NCBI GenBank assembly: GCA_964473825.1
Contig: CAYYQL010000034.1
Location: 1-29,858, forward strand
Length of the DNA stretch: 29,858 nucleotides
Direction: 5' to 3'
DNA from: an uncultured archaeon
GTDB lineage: Archaea > Asgardarchaeota > Thorarchaeia > Thorarchaeales > Thorarchaeaceae
Made by a program: the position numbers and the translations under genes
Shown here: positions 1-9,710 of the stretch, piece after piece
Position numbering within the stretch: the first letter of the stretch is position 1
Layout: each line of letters starts with the position of its first letter
Notes under the pieces: generated by a model
The model's database searches: none
Seen by the model: only the letters and a program-made list of their open reading frames with translations
What the model was told of the DNA's origin: nothing

Positions 1-56
1 CCTGCCTGCAAAACCCTTTTCTCTGCTAACCTCAATCTCGGAACGGTGTTAACTCG

Positions 57-572
57 ATGGCCAAGAAAGTAGTAAAGTCAATGATCACTGACTTCAAGAA
101 ATTCAGATCTGCATGGGAGAAAGATGCAGGAAACCCCCATGAGAGCATAATGTACTATCTCATAGCTGCTCTAAACGTTGAGAAGGACCCCAAGCTTGCT
201 GATGCCATGATGACTTTGGTGGTTTCGAAGAATGATACAGTGAAGGACTCTGCTTCTCCATCTGGAATGAAGCTCGGTCGAAGTGCCAAGTATTACGTCG
301 GTCAGTTCAAGAAGAATCCGAACATTCCGAAGTCATATGTTGGGGGCACGTCTGAGAATAACTACAAGATATCTAAGGGTACTCTGAGGATGAACGTCGT
401 AAGAGAGCAACCTCTGGACGACCGACTCAAGATATTCATCGATTGCGGTGGCGCCGACTCAGCGCGACCGGTGCAAGTAGCGAAGAACAAGCACGGCCAA
501 TGGAAACTTGTAGAATACAGTTCGCTATGTGTGGGTATCAAGAAGCCTGCATCGGAGAAGGGTGACTTCTAG
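57..572 (+). CDS. Conserved hypothetical protein, DUF6935-like
   Basis: 171-aa ATG ORF with motifs 'SYVGGTSENNY', 'KIFIDCGGADSARP' and 'WKLVEYSSLCVGIKKP', which match my recollection of the DUF6935 family; function unknown. Confidence 0.6.
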   Translation: MAKKVVKSMITDFKKFRSAWEKDAGNPHESIMYYLIAALNVEKDPKLADAMMTLVVSKNDTVKDSASPSGMKLGRSAKYYVGQFKKNPNIPKSYVGGTSENNYKISKGTLRMNVVREQPLDDRLKIFIDCGGADSARPVQVAKNKHGQWKLVEYSSLCVGIKKPASEKGDF

Positions 573-758
573 TTCTCTTCGAAAACTCTGGACGAGCAGT
601 TCAAGGAACGAGATATGCAAGTACAGAAGACACTTGAGCCCTGTTTCAACCGCGGATGCCAGAACATGGCGGTATCTCTGATTAGAAACCCCCCCTGCTC
701 TTGGGTACATAGTAATGGCCTTTAGTGACCCGATATCTTTTCTGTCTGGTGTCCACGC

Positions 759-1994
759 TTGCATGTCGAACGCCTAGACATTGATGTTGAACTACGCCCC
801 GCGGATTCCTTCATTCAGGTTGAAGGAGACATCATACTCAGGAATCTGAGAGATAACTTCACTTTCCTGCTGAATCCATGCCTAGAGATAGAGTCAGTTG
901 AAGTCTATTACGATGGTTCGAAGCATCCTTTGAAACCGGTTGAACAAAGGCCTCCTAGAGATATCTTCATTCCGAGTAGCTGCTACAAGATTGAACTCTC
1001 TGAAGAAATCCAGAATCGCAATGAGCTCAGATTCAGGTTCAAATACAAGGGGACAATCTTCCGATATTCCTTTGACACAAGCAGGATTCAGTCAGACTAT
1101 GTGGAGCTGGCAATCTATGCACTATGGTATCCCCGTGTCAGTTTCCGTGACAGACCTTCATTCAGTGTGCGACTCAGCGCTCCGTCTGACTGGATATGGA
1201 TCATGAATGCCGGGCAAGTTGATGGTGGACCATTGACATGGAACGCCGATGACAATCGGACAGATCTGACTCTTCACGGAAGACCAGACACTAATGCCAT
1301 TCATCCGGAGGACAGCAAGCTCTTCTGGGGATCACCACGCAATCTTGAGCTCTACAAGCCGCTGGAAACCGAATTCTCCAAGATTCAGAATCAGCTCATC
1401 TCTTGGCTTGGTGAACCTGATTCCAGGAGTCTTCGAATCATCTTAGTCCCTCGGGACTTCGGTGGTGGCTATGCCCGACATGGACTCATTGTTATTCAGG
1501 ACGATACAGTTAGGGAGGTAGACAACGATGTGTCAATCATGCAGTACTGGGGCCATGAATTCTCTCACTCTTGGTTCAAGCGAACAAATGTTGAAGAGTA
1601 TCACAATTGGGTTGATGAGGCCCTAGCTACCTATGCTTCACTGCTCGCAATAGAGGAGATCTATGGGGTTGAAGAGTTCAATGAGCGCATTGAGAAGTTC
1701 CGAACACGACTCGATAAACAGAAGGAACTCCCCTCCATCAAGTCCATCGAGAGGAAGCATCCTCATGCTCAAACGGTCTACTATGTCTATGGTACTCTTG
1801 TCATTCATGAAATTCGTGAGGAAATTGGTAGAGATATGATGATTGATGTACTTCGCCACTTCGCACAGAAGTGCGTGAAACAACCCAGGATTATCACTCA
1901 GGACTTTCTTGACTCTATGAACAGGATCACCGGGCGAGACTGGACGAATCATCTGGAAGAACGTCTCTCGGAGCCGCCACGCTCTCTCTCGTAG
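759..1994 (+). CDS. M1/gluzincin-family zinc metallopeptidase
   Basis: HEFSH (HExxH) followed by WVDEALATY (third Zn ligand Glu) and a downstream 'VYYVYG' Tyr motif; TTG start; no signal peptide. Confidence 0.85.
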   Translation: MHVERLDIDVELRPADSFIQVEGDIILRNLRDNFTFLLNPCLEIESVEVYYDGSKHPLKPVEQRPPRDIFIPSSCYKIELSEEIQNRNELRFRFKYKGTIFRYSFDTSRIQSDYVELAIYALWYPRVSFRDRPSFSVRLSAPSDWIWIMNAGQVDGGPLTWNADDNRTDLTLHGRPDTNAIHPEDSKLFWGSPRNLELYKPLETEFSKIQNQLISWLGEPDSRSLRIILVPRDFGGGYARHGLIVIQDDTVREVDNDVSIMQYWGHEFSHSWFKRTNVEEYHNWVDEALATYASLLAIEEIYGVEEFNERIEKFRTRLDKQKELPSIKSIERKHPHAQTVYYVYGTLVIHEIREEIGRDMMIDVLRHFAQKCVKQPRIITQDFLDSMNRITGRDWTNHLEERLSEPPRSLS

Positions 1995-2078
1995 TCAAAC
2001 CAGATAGGTTCCCTTGCCATTAGCTTTGTCTTTCCGCTTAGGCACAGTTTGACAAGCCATATAGCATAGTTCAGCCTG

Positions 2079-3308
2079 GTGAAGACTATGACTGTTCGTG
2101 TTGTTTCGTTCTTCTCACCCATCACTTCAGAGTCAGTTGTTGAGCAGATGACCGCTGCCATCCGCGATACGGGAGTCAAAGTAGCAAGCCCGAAAGCGGC
2201 TAAGCAAGGCTCGGAGGGAGGGAAACACCCCTCTCAAACGTACCTGTTCATCGGGACTGGTGGAACCGAGCAGCTTGTTGCGGAATATGTCGAAAAGATT
2301 CACATCGCCCCTCCCATTAATCTACTTGCTCATGAGAGTAACAATTCCTTGCCCGCAGCAATGGAAATCCGTGCATATCTTGAGTCTCAGAACATGAATT
2401 CAGTCATAATACACGATAGGTTCGAGTCATTGTGCAAAAGGATGGTCGAGTGGGTAGAGTTCGACGGTATTCTCCAGAAGTTGAGGAATTCACGAATTGG
2501 AGTAATAGGGAGTGTTTCACAATGGCTGATTGCATCGAACATCGATGACAGTGACGTGAAACGAAACTGGGGCATTGCGATTGAGGCGATCCCCTTTGAA
2601 GATCTGACGGAACAAATGGACGAACAGAGTGTTTCCACTCTTGCTCGTGAGTTTGCGGATGCTGCAGACCTAGTCACAGTACCGCACAGCGAAGTTCAGA
2701 GAGCGGCACAGGTTGCAGCCAAGATGCAGCAAATCGTGACGGACCGCGAACTTGATGCTGTCACGTTGGAGTGCTTCAGGCTTGTGGGGACTACTGAGGT
2801 GACCGGTTGTTATTCGTTGGCCCTTCTCAATGCCAGAGGTTTGGTTGCAGGGTGTGAGGGCGATCTTCCTACCACTTTCACCATGTACCTGTCAAGGCTA
2901 CTGACAGGCAGTTCTTCGTTCATGGCAAACGTGATTTCTGTGGATCAGGACCAGGGAACTGTAGATCTCGCCCATTGCACGGTACCTCTCGACTTGGTTC
3001 TGTCCTATGACATAATGAGCCACTATGAGACTGACAAGAGCGTGGGTATCAGAGGGAGGATGGAAGACGGACCTGTTACATTGGTGAAGGTACATGGTCC
3101 GGGGCTAGAGCTATACTGGGTATCTTCTGGGCGCTTGATTACGAATCTGTCCGAAGACAGTGCCTGCAGGACCCAGGTTCGTGTGAAACTCAACGGCAAT
3201 GTTGACTATTTCTTGAATGCATCTCTGGCTAATCATCATGTCATTATTCCCGGAGATCATGAGCAAAGATTCAAACGATTCTTTGGGTTCAGCGCTGGGA
3301 CAACGTGA
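2079..3308 (+). CDS. L-fucose/L-arabinose isomerase-like protein
   Basis: Motifs 'GCEGDLP', 'AHCTVP', 'CRTQ' and 'LANHHVIIPGDH' are typical of fucose-isomerase-related proteins; start may be ATG 2088. Confidence 0.75.
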   Translation: MKTMTVRVVSFFSPITSESVVEQMTAAIRDTGVKVASPKAAKQGSEGGKHPSQTYLFIGTGGTEQLVAEYVEKIHIAPPINLLAHESNNSLPAAMEIRAYLESQNMNSVIIHDRFESLCKRMVEWVEFDGILQKLRNSRIGVIGSVSQWLIASNIDDSDVKRNWGIAIEAIPFEDLTEQMDEQSVSTLAREFADAADLVTVPHSEVQRAAQVAAKMQQIVTDRELDAVTLECFRLVGTTEVTGCYSLALLNARGLVAGCEGDLPTTFTMYLSRLLTGSSSFMANVISVDQDQGTVDLAHCTVPLDLVLSYDIMSHYETDKSVGIRGRMEDGPVTLVKVHGPGLELYWVSSGRLITNLSEDSACRTQVRVKLNGNVDYFLNASLANHHVIIPGDHEQRFKRFFGFSAGTT

Positions 3309-3584
3309 TTTGCCGCCAACATGTAAAACGCGCGTAATACTGTCGATTTTTCGAAAGCCTGATACGGCTAACGCGACTTGTCAACGCCTCTAAACTCTCA
3401 TAGTGGCAGATTCCTCTGCCCATAACTCTGCAAATAGCCTATTCAGTGCCGTGGTTCTTCCCTCACTGGTTTGAAGTCATTAGAAATGAGTACATGTTTG
3501 GTCTTGACACTCGAGATACACACTCAGACAGTATATTAGGGAAATCTACTGAGATATTTGTACTAGGCCGACCCTGTCGATCTG

Positions 3585-4037
3585 GTGGTTGTCCGCCGGG
3601 AGGACATTTGCTTGCAACGTGACCATAGCGATTTCACCCTTGAAGCAGCTAATCTCAGTCCTATGACGCAATCCACGACCGTCCTTGAAAGAGACCTCTG
3701 CACCAGGCTTCGTGCATTCCCAAACGATGCCCAATCATGGTATCTTCTCTCTTGTGTCCTAGAGTCAAATGCGAAGCACACTGAGGCAGAGAGTGCCCTC
3801 AGAAGGGCAATCGAGTTGAACCCGCGTCCGCCTCATTTTCACAAGAAACTCGCTAGCGTGCTGGAGGCACAAGGAAGCAGCAAGGAATCCCTGACTGTCT
3901 TGAGAGATGCAGGACTCCTCTCTGAAAGTGAGTCGAAGCGGTGTCACGTTCAGGACCTGGAAGCAACTGCACATGATAACATGCTCTTCACACCGAGTTC
4001 GTCGGATAATCTCGGTGAGAATCTAAGACGCAAGTGA
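3585..4037 (+). CDS. Small TPR-containing protein (start uncertain; ATG 3663 plausible)
   Basis: 'PNDAQSWYLLSCVL...EAESALRRAIELNP...FHKKLASVLEAQG' follows the TPR consensus. Confidence 0.6.
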   Translation: MVVRREDICLQRDHSDFTLEAANLSPMTQSTTVLERDLCTRLRAFPNDAQSWYLLSCVLESNAKHTEAESALRRAIELNPRPPHFHKKLASVLEAQGSSKESLTVLRDAGLLSESESKRCHVQDLEATAHDNMLFTPSSSDNLGENLRRK

Positions 4038-4166
4038 CTTCATGTGTGCCAAGGTTGCTGACAGGTCCACTTCTTGGGCCATTCGATTTGTTCTATGTCA
4101 GTGCGCTAGTGCTATCATGGTGTCACGTTTCAGACTGAACTACTCGTGAGTATCCTATTCCTTGTG

Positions 4167-4559
4167 TTATTCGATTTTCTCTCCCTTGAAGTCTAGGGCC
4201 GCTGAGTTGATGCAGTACCGTTGCCCCGTTGGTTTGGGGCCATCGTCAAAGACATGCCCGAGATGGCCGCCGCATTCCTTGCATAGAACCTCAGTCCGAA
4301 CCATTCCATGAGTTCGATCCGTACGTGTTGCAACGCTCTCTGAGTTCATGACGTCATAGAAGCTTGGCCATCCGCCACCGGATTCGAATTTCGTTTCAGA
4401 AGAGAACAACTCGTTACCGCATGCTGCACACACGTACGTCCCATCTTTCTTATGCTTCACATATTTCCCGCTGAAGGGTTGTTCGGTGCCCCTCTCTCTC
4501 AGGACTCGATACTGCTTGGGGGTCAGAATCTGCTTCCATTCCTTGTCTGTCTTTTTCAT
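4167..4559 (-). CDS. msrB: Peptide-methionine (R)-S-oxide reductase MsrB
   Basis: 'GTEQPF', two CxxC Zn motifs (CAAC, CKEC), 'GWPSF', '[10 protein letters not shown]', catalytic 'RYCINS'; start set at ATG 4559, which has an AGGTGG SD upstream. Confidence 0.97.
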   Translation of the reverse strand: MKKTDKEWKQILTPKQYRVLRERGTEQPFSGKYVKHKKDGTYVCAACGNELFSSETKFESGGGWPSFYDVMNSESVATRTDRTHGMVRTEVLCKECGGHLGHVFDDGPKPTGQRYCINSAALDFKGEKIE

Positions 4560-4658
4560 TTCATCCACCTGATAACGATTGTGAATCAATACTAAAGACC
4601 TCTTTGTTATGGGAACTTAAGGTCTATAATCCCCCCTGTCTATGTGTCTCTGTACTAG

Positions 4659-5312
4659 GTGACCCTATTGATTGAATATGAAGACCGAACTGAAGCAGGT
4701 ATGCATCTACTCAAGGAACTAGAATCGATGGAATTCGAATCCAAGCCACTAGTCATTGCAATTCCAAATGGTGGTCTCCCTGTTGCCGCAGAGATAGCCC
4801 GGGGTCTAGGAGCTGATCTTGATGTTATCATTGTCAGGAAGCTTCAGATTCCAGGAAACCCTGAGGCTGGGTTCGGTGCACTCACATCCTTTGGTTCTGT
4901 GATTCTTAATGATATCCTTGTCAGGCAGATGGCACTTGATGACAGTGACATCCAGGCAGCAGTTGACAAGACCGAGGCTCAGATTGAACGTAGGAGACAA
5001 GCGTTTGGGGGCCTTGTGGGCAAACATAATCCTAAGAACCGTGAAGTGATTCTTGTGGATGACGGGCTTGCGTCTGGTTATACCATGCTTGCAGCCATTG
5101 AATCGGTCAATCGCGAGAATCCGAGGAGAGTCATCGTTGCAGTTCCGACATCACCTGGTAGTGCGGCAAGCAGAGTAGAACGGGCATCTGATGCAATGAT
5201 CTGTCCAAGAGTGGAAACGAGGCGCGTCTTCGCAGTCGCCAATGCCTATGAGAAATGGTACGATGTGCCCGACGAAGAGGCTAAGGAGATTCTGCAGCAG
5301 TTCAGAAGCTGA
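4659..5312 (+). CDS. Phosphoribosyltransferase-family protein (COG1926-like)
   Basis: PRPP-binding 'VILVDDGLASGYT', plus 'IPNGGLPVA' and 'IVRKLQIPGNPE'. Confidence 0.88.
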   Translation: MTLLIEYEDRTEAGMHLLKELESMEFESKPLVIAIPNGGLPVAAEIARGLGADLDVIIVRKLQIPGNPEAGFGALTSFGSVILNDILVRQMALDDSDIQAAVDKTEAQIERRRQAFGGLVGKHNPKNREVILVDDGLASGYTMLAAIESVNRENPRRVIVAVPTSPGSAASRVERASDAMICPRVETRRVFAVANAYEKWYDVPDEEAKEILQQFRS

Positions 5313-5317
5313 CTACT

Positions 5318-5962
5318 CTACTCATCGAATTGTGATTCCCACATCCTTCTCTCTGCTTCCTGTGCCTCTTTCGGCAAGATGTGAAGATCTCCCATGGTCG
5401 AACCAATGATGTATATTTTGCAGGCTCGTTCAATGAGGACTGCATTATGGAAAGCTGTTTCTAAAGATGGGCCTATTGCGAGAGAACCATGATTAGCAAG
5501 AAGAACCCCACTTCTATCTTCCAGCGCATGCAGCACATTCTCTGCCAACTTGCCTGTACCTGGTATGCCGTATTCTGCCACTCGTATATGCCCTCCCAAG
5601 CTAGGAATGATCTCATCGATGACAGGTGGTAGTTGCTTTCTGAGGGCCGCAAGAGCTGATGCATAAACGCTGTGTGAGTGAACAATTGCTCTGCATTCGG
5701 GATGGTGTCTGTAGATGTTGAGATGTGTTGGGGTCTCCATGCTGGGTTTGTGGACGCCTTCTACAGTATTGCCCTCCAAATCAACCACTACTGCATCATT
5801 GGCTCGCATTTTAGAGTACGGAATCCCGCTTGGTGTGATGATGACATGGTCTCCCACTCTGGTACTAACATTACCCGAGGAGCCAATGACCATCTCAAGT
5901 TCTCGCATCTTCTGGCAAGTCCGCAGAAGTTCGATCTTATGATCATCATACATCTTGTACAC
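5318..5962 (-). CDS. Class II aldolase/adducin-family protein (FucA/MtnB-like)
   Basis: 'SSGNVS', 'ITPSG', 'PSME', metal ligands 'VHSHS' and 'LANHG'; start GTG 5962 or ATG 5953. Confidence 0.9.
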   Translation of the reverse strand: MYKMYDDHKIELLRTCQKMRELEMVIGSSGNVSTRVGDHVIITPSGIPYSKMRANDAVVVDLEGNTVEGVHKPSMETPTHLNIYRHHPECRAIVHSHSVYASALAALRKQLPPVIDEIIPSLGGHIRVAEYGIPGTGKLAENVLHALEDRSGVLLANHGSLAIGPSLETAFHNAVLIERACKIYIIGSTMGDLHILPKEAQEAERRMWESQFDE

Positions 5963-6359
5963 TACCGATTCTTCTGAACTAGATGGCTAAATCATACTCT
6001 TTGTAGCTAACGGTTGAGGATAGACATCCATGGGTTGGCAGTAGAGATGGCTCTACCACACCCGGGAATCCGAGGTGATTCGTGAGTCTACCCGTGCAAC
6101 TATCGGTCCATTGACACACGCGAGCCAATTCCTGCTGATATGGTTTCACCCCAGACACCGACCATACATTGCAGCATCTAACTCGATTCTTCAAGAGTCT
6201 TACCGACGGAACTATAATATGTGCGAAGGCATTCCTGAGAGCCTTGTGGTCTGGTCCGATGACTAGGTATCAGGAGTGGTTCCTGTTATCTTGCCGCGGC
6301 ACAGTGCGAACAGAGGTTTCCTGCGGCATCTCCCGGCCGATGACAAACAGGTGAAATGA

Positions 6360-7424
6360 ATGATTGACGTGATAGAGAAGGTACTGCCCTACATTGGCGG
6401 GCTGTGGACATTGCCCTGGATCGTGGTCGGTTTCTTGATGACTATCGCTCTGTCCAAGTGGCTAGGGCAGGAACGAGTCAATGCGGGGATGAAGAAGGTC
6501 GGGCTGCTATTGCTGTTTGTGTTCATACCGCTTCTGTTGTTCAGAATATTCCTGAATATAGGCTTTGGACCCGAGGAGTTGATTTTCACCCTGATCACCT
6601 TCGTAGTGCTCACCTTCATGTATCTCGTATCGTATCTCTTCGGCTATCTGGAGGCTGGACAGATGGCCCTCGCTGAGACCGAGCGTCGAACCTTCATGAA
6701 GACTGTTCTTACCAACCAGGGGCGCAGTGCTGCGTTCGTGGGCGGGATGATGCTTGCCATCGAGGAGTGGAAGGTGCCGGCAGCCATATACATCAGCATT
6801 GTTGGCATAGGGCTCTTTGCCGTAATTCCTTTCATGCTCTCGATTATGCACAACCGAGAAAACCAGGGCCAAGAGAAGGTCGCAACATTACCTTGGTTTC
6901 TCCGATTGTACCCATGGTATCTACTCTCTTTCGTCGTGGCTGCAGTCATTATCCATAGGAGCACCGGCGTGACTGTGACCGATTTGGGGGATGCAGGGGT
7001 GGTGCTTCACTTCGTAACTGCTCTCACCATACCAGCCGGTCTTTACTATGTTGGAGCCGGGATACATCCGGGAGATCTGAAGGTTGCTGAGATGAAGAAG
7101 CTCTTCTCCCTGAGGCGCGGGGCATCCACTGGTAGGGAGTTCCACTGGACAGTGGCCAGAAATGCCTTCTTCTCCACTCTTATCCTGACTCCGATTGCCA
7201 TCATCTTGGTATTCGGGTTACTTATGTATGGGGGGGTCATTCCCAAGGAATGGTTTGCCGTCATAGCCCTGAACTCCATAATGCCCATAACCAGTACCAA
7301 CATGTTCTTGATACCCTACGGCATAGACCGCAAGGGAACAGCTCTGGCCATAACTTGGACCACCATCATTGCTGTTCCAGCCCTTATGGTACTCATACCT
7401 GTGTTCATGAGTCTATTCACATAG
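6360..7424 (+). CDS. AEC (auxin efflux carrier)/malate permease-like membrane transporter
   Basis: About 10 hydrophobic segments; 'FIPLLLF', 'IPAGLYYVG', 'MPITST' and C-terminal 'WTTIIAVP' resemble the AEC family; AGGTGA SD at 6349-6354. Confidence 0.65.
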   Translation: MIDVIEKVLPYIGGLWTLPWIVVGFLMTIALSKWLGQERVNAGMKKVGLLLLFVFIPLLLFRIFLNIGFGPEELIFTLITFVVLTFMYLVSYLFGYLEAGQMALAETERRTFMKTVLTNQGRSAAFVGGMMLAIEEWKVPAAIYISIVGIGLFAVIPFMLSIMHNRENQGQEKVATLPWFLRLYPWYLLSFVVAAVIIHRSTGVTVTDLGDAGVVLHFVTALTIPAGLYYVGAGIHPGDLKVAEMKKLFSLRRGASTGREFHWTVARNAFFSTLILTPIAIILVFGLLMYGGVIPKEWFAVIALNSIMPITSTNMFLIPYGIDRKGTALAITWTTIIAVPALMVLIPVFMSLFT

Positions 7425-7676
7425 CACTGATGAAATCGTCCGTTGTGAGTCCGGCCAGTTTGGACATCAAGGCCCCCTTTGAAGATGGAGTCCTGGTAGC
7501 CTCTCCCGATAGATGTGCGTATCGAACCATCTCGGCTCCTCCGAGAGAACGCTACATATCCCACTTACTTTCGTTCACCTCTCTGTGCTGCCGCTGTCCC
7601 CTCAGAGATATCGCCATTCATGGCAAGATGGATGAACCACCGTTTCCGAGACCTGCCAACGCGTGGCACATACCAT

Positions 7677-7692
7677 AAGCTATACTTAGCTT
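7677..7692. promoter_or_regulatory. Palindrome AAGCTA-N4-TAGCTT overlapping a TATA-like element upstream of uvrB
   Basis: Perfect 6-4-6 inverted repeat ending about 35 nt before the uvrB ATG and containing TATACTTA. Confidence 0.35.
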
Positions 7693-7726
7693 CCCTCCGA
7701 GCAAACGTTATCCGAGGCATGAGGCC

Positions 7727-9706
7727 ATGGCAGAGTTCAGACTTGAGGCTCCATTCGAACCAACGGGCGATCAGCCCCAGGCTATCGATAAGCTAGTGGA
7801 GGGTCTCGAGGCCGATCTCAGAAACCAGACCCTGCTGGGGGTCACGGGAAGCGGTAAGACCTTCACCATGGCTAACGTCATGGAGCAGTATCAACGCCCC
7901 ACACTCGTCATCAGCCACAACAAGACCCTTGCGGCACAGCTGGCCAGCGAGTACCGCCACTTCTTCCCGGATAACGCCGTAGAGTACTTCGTTTCATACT
8001 ACGACTACTACCAGCCGGAGGCCTACGTCCCTTCGAAAGACATGTACATCGAGAAGGAGACGGACATTAACGCAGAAATCGAACGCCTGCGCCAGAGCAC
8101 CACCCGCTCTCTCAAGTCACGCAACGATGTCATCGTTGTCGCCTCGGTGTCTTGCATCTATGGTCTCGGAGACCCGAAGGAGTACGACGAACTCTCCATG
8201 GTGGTCGAGGTGGGTCAGGAAGTCGAGCGGCGGGAGCTGCTAGAGAAGCTCGTAGCCATGCAGTACGACCGGAACGACATGGAGATTGAGCCCGGCGTCT
8301 TCAGAGTTCGAGGTGATGTCATAGATGTATATCCTGGTTACTCGCGGGATGCCTTGCGGATTGAGCTCGATGGACCGAAGGTCTCACGGATATCACACCT
8401 TCAGGGGCTGTCGATGAAGCGCCTCTATGATGAGGATTTTGCGGTCTTGTGGCCGGCTCGTCATCATGTGGCACGCCATGAACGGATACTTGACGCCCTT
8501 GATGAGATTGAGCAGGAGATGCAGGAGCGAGTAGAGTGGTTCAGGAATCAGGGTAAGCTGGTTGAGGCAGACCGACTCAGACGTAGGACGCTCTATGATA
8601 TAGAGATGATGCGCGAGACTGGCCTCTGTCAGGGCATCGAGAACTACTCTCGTTTTATCGATGGTAGAGCGCCGGGTGAGCCTCCGTATACGCTGCTGGA
8701 CTACTTCCCTGACGAGTTCCTGATGATCATCGACGAGTCACATATGACAATTCCACAGGTTCGCGGCATGTACCATGGAGACCTCTCTCGGAAGAAGAAT
8801 CTGGTTGAGTATGGGTTCAGAGTTCCCTCGGCAGTCGACAATCGGCCCCTCACGTTCGAAGAGTTCGAGGGGTATATGCAGCATGTCATCTTCACCAGCG
8901 CCACGCCCGGACCGTATGAGCGGCGAGTCAGCGGCCAGATAGTGGAGCAGCTCATCCGCCCGACTGGTCTTCTTGACCCGAAGGTTGACGTTCGTCCTGT
9001 AGAGAGCCAGATCGATGATCTCCTGGGCGAGATTCGGAAGACGGTTGAGCGAAAGGAGCGTGTTCTGGTGACGACTCTCACGAAGAAGACTGCAGAGATG
9101 CTTGCGGAGTATCTTGTGGAGAACGGTGTCAAGGCCAGATATCTTCACTCAGATATCGGTACGGTGGAACGTATCGAGATCATCCGTGAATTGCGACTGG
9201 GCAAGTTCGACGTACTCGTGGGAATCAACCTCTTGCGCGAGGGTCTGGATCTTCCAGAGGTCTCTCTGGTGGCAATCTTGGATGCTGACAAGGAAGGCTT
9301 CCTGCGGAGCGAATGGGCTCTGATTCAGACTATGGGGAGAGCAGCACGGAATGTGAACGGTCAAGTGGTATTGTATGGCGACCATGTTTCAAACGCCATG
9401 CGCACCGCTATCGATGAAACAAACCGTCGGAGAGAGCACCAGCTGAGGTACAATGAGGAGCATGGCGTCACGCCTGAGACCATCAAGAAGGCAGTCCAGG
9501 ACATCGCGCAGGGTTTCCAGACGAGAACGAAAGACGCGCAAACACAGCTATCCGATTTCGACAGGTTGGAGATGCAGGAGATTCGAGATATCATTGTGAG
9601 TCTAGAAGAGGACATGAGACAGGCAGCTCGCGATTTAGAATTCGAACGGGCTGCACAGCTGAGGGACGAGATAGCTGAACTAAAGGCAAGGGTTGAGGGC
9701 AGATAG
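7727..9706 (+). CDS. uvrB: Excinuclease ABC subunit B
   Basis: 'PTGDQPQAI', Walker A 'GVTGSGKT', beta-hairpin '[15 protein letters not shown]', 'IDESH', 'GRAARN', C-terminal UVR '[13 protein letters not shown]'. Confidence 0.99.
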   Translation: MAEFRLEAPFEPTGDQPQAIDKLVEGLEADLRNQTLLGVTGSGKTFTMANVMEQYQRPTLVISHNKTLAAQLASEYRHFFPDNAVEYFVSYYDYYQPEAYVPSKDMYIEKETDINAEIERLRQSTTRSLKSRNDVIVVASVSCIYGLGDPKEYDELSMVVEVGQEVERRELLEKLVAMQYDRNDMEIEPGVFRVRGDVIDVYPGYSRDALRIELDGPKVSRISHLQGLSMKRLYDEDFAVLWPARHHVARHERILDALDEIEQEMQERVEWFRNQGKLVEADRLRRRTLYDIEMMRETGLCQGIENYSRFIDGRAPGEPPYTLLDYFPDEFLMIIDESHMTIPQVRGMYHGDLSRKKNLVEYGFRVPSAVDNRPLTFEEFEGYMQHVIFTSATPGPYERRVSGQIVEQLIRPTGLLDPKVDVRPVESQIDDLLGEIRKTVERKERVLVTTLTKKTAEMLAEYLVENGVKARYLHSDIGTVERIEIIRELRLGKFDVLVGINLLREGLDLPEVSLVAILDADKEGFLRSEWALIQTMGRAARNVNGQVVLYGDHVSNAMRTAIDETNRRREHQLRYNEEHGVTPETIKKAVQDIAQGFQTRTKDAQTQLSDFDRLEMQEIRDIIVSLEEDMRQAARDLEFERAAQLRDEIAELKARVEGR

Positions 9707-9710
9707 ATAG

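Noticed and set aside
4167-4589. Selenocysteine-containing MsrB or a SECIS element
   Set aside because: The catalytic codon is TGC; no in-frame TGA at a conserved Cys position was noticed in any gene in the window
6230-6290. TPP riboswitch (CTGAGA present)
   Set aside because: The remaining conserved elements (CCTGA...GCGTAGG-type P4/P5 region) are missing
7425-7480. Hammerhead ribozyme or C/D box RNA (CTGATGA)
   Set aside because: No stem II followed by GAAA and no properly placed D box
7727-9706. uvrB appears more GC-rich than the flanking genes (possible recent HGT)
   Set aside because: Visual impression only; needs GC3 and codon-usage calculation, and no mobility genes or boundary repeats were seen
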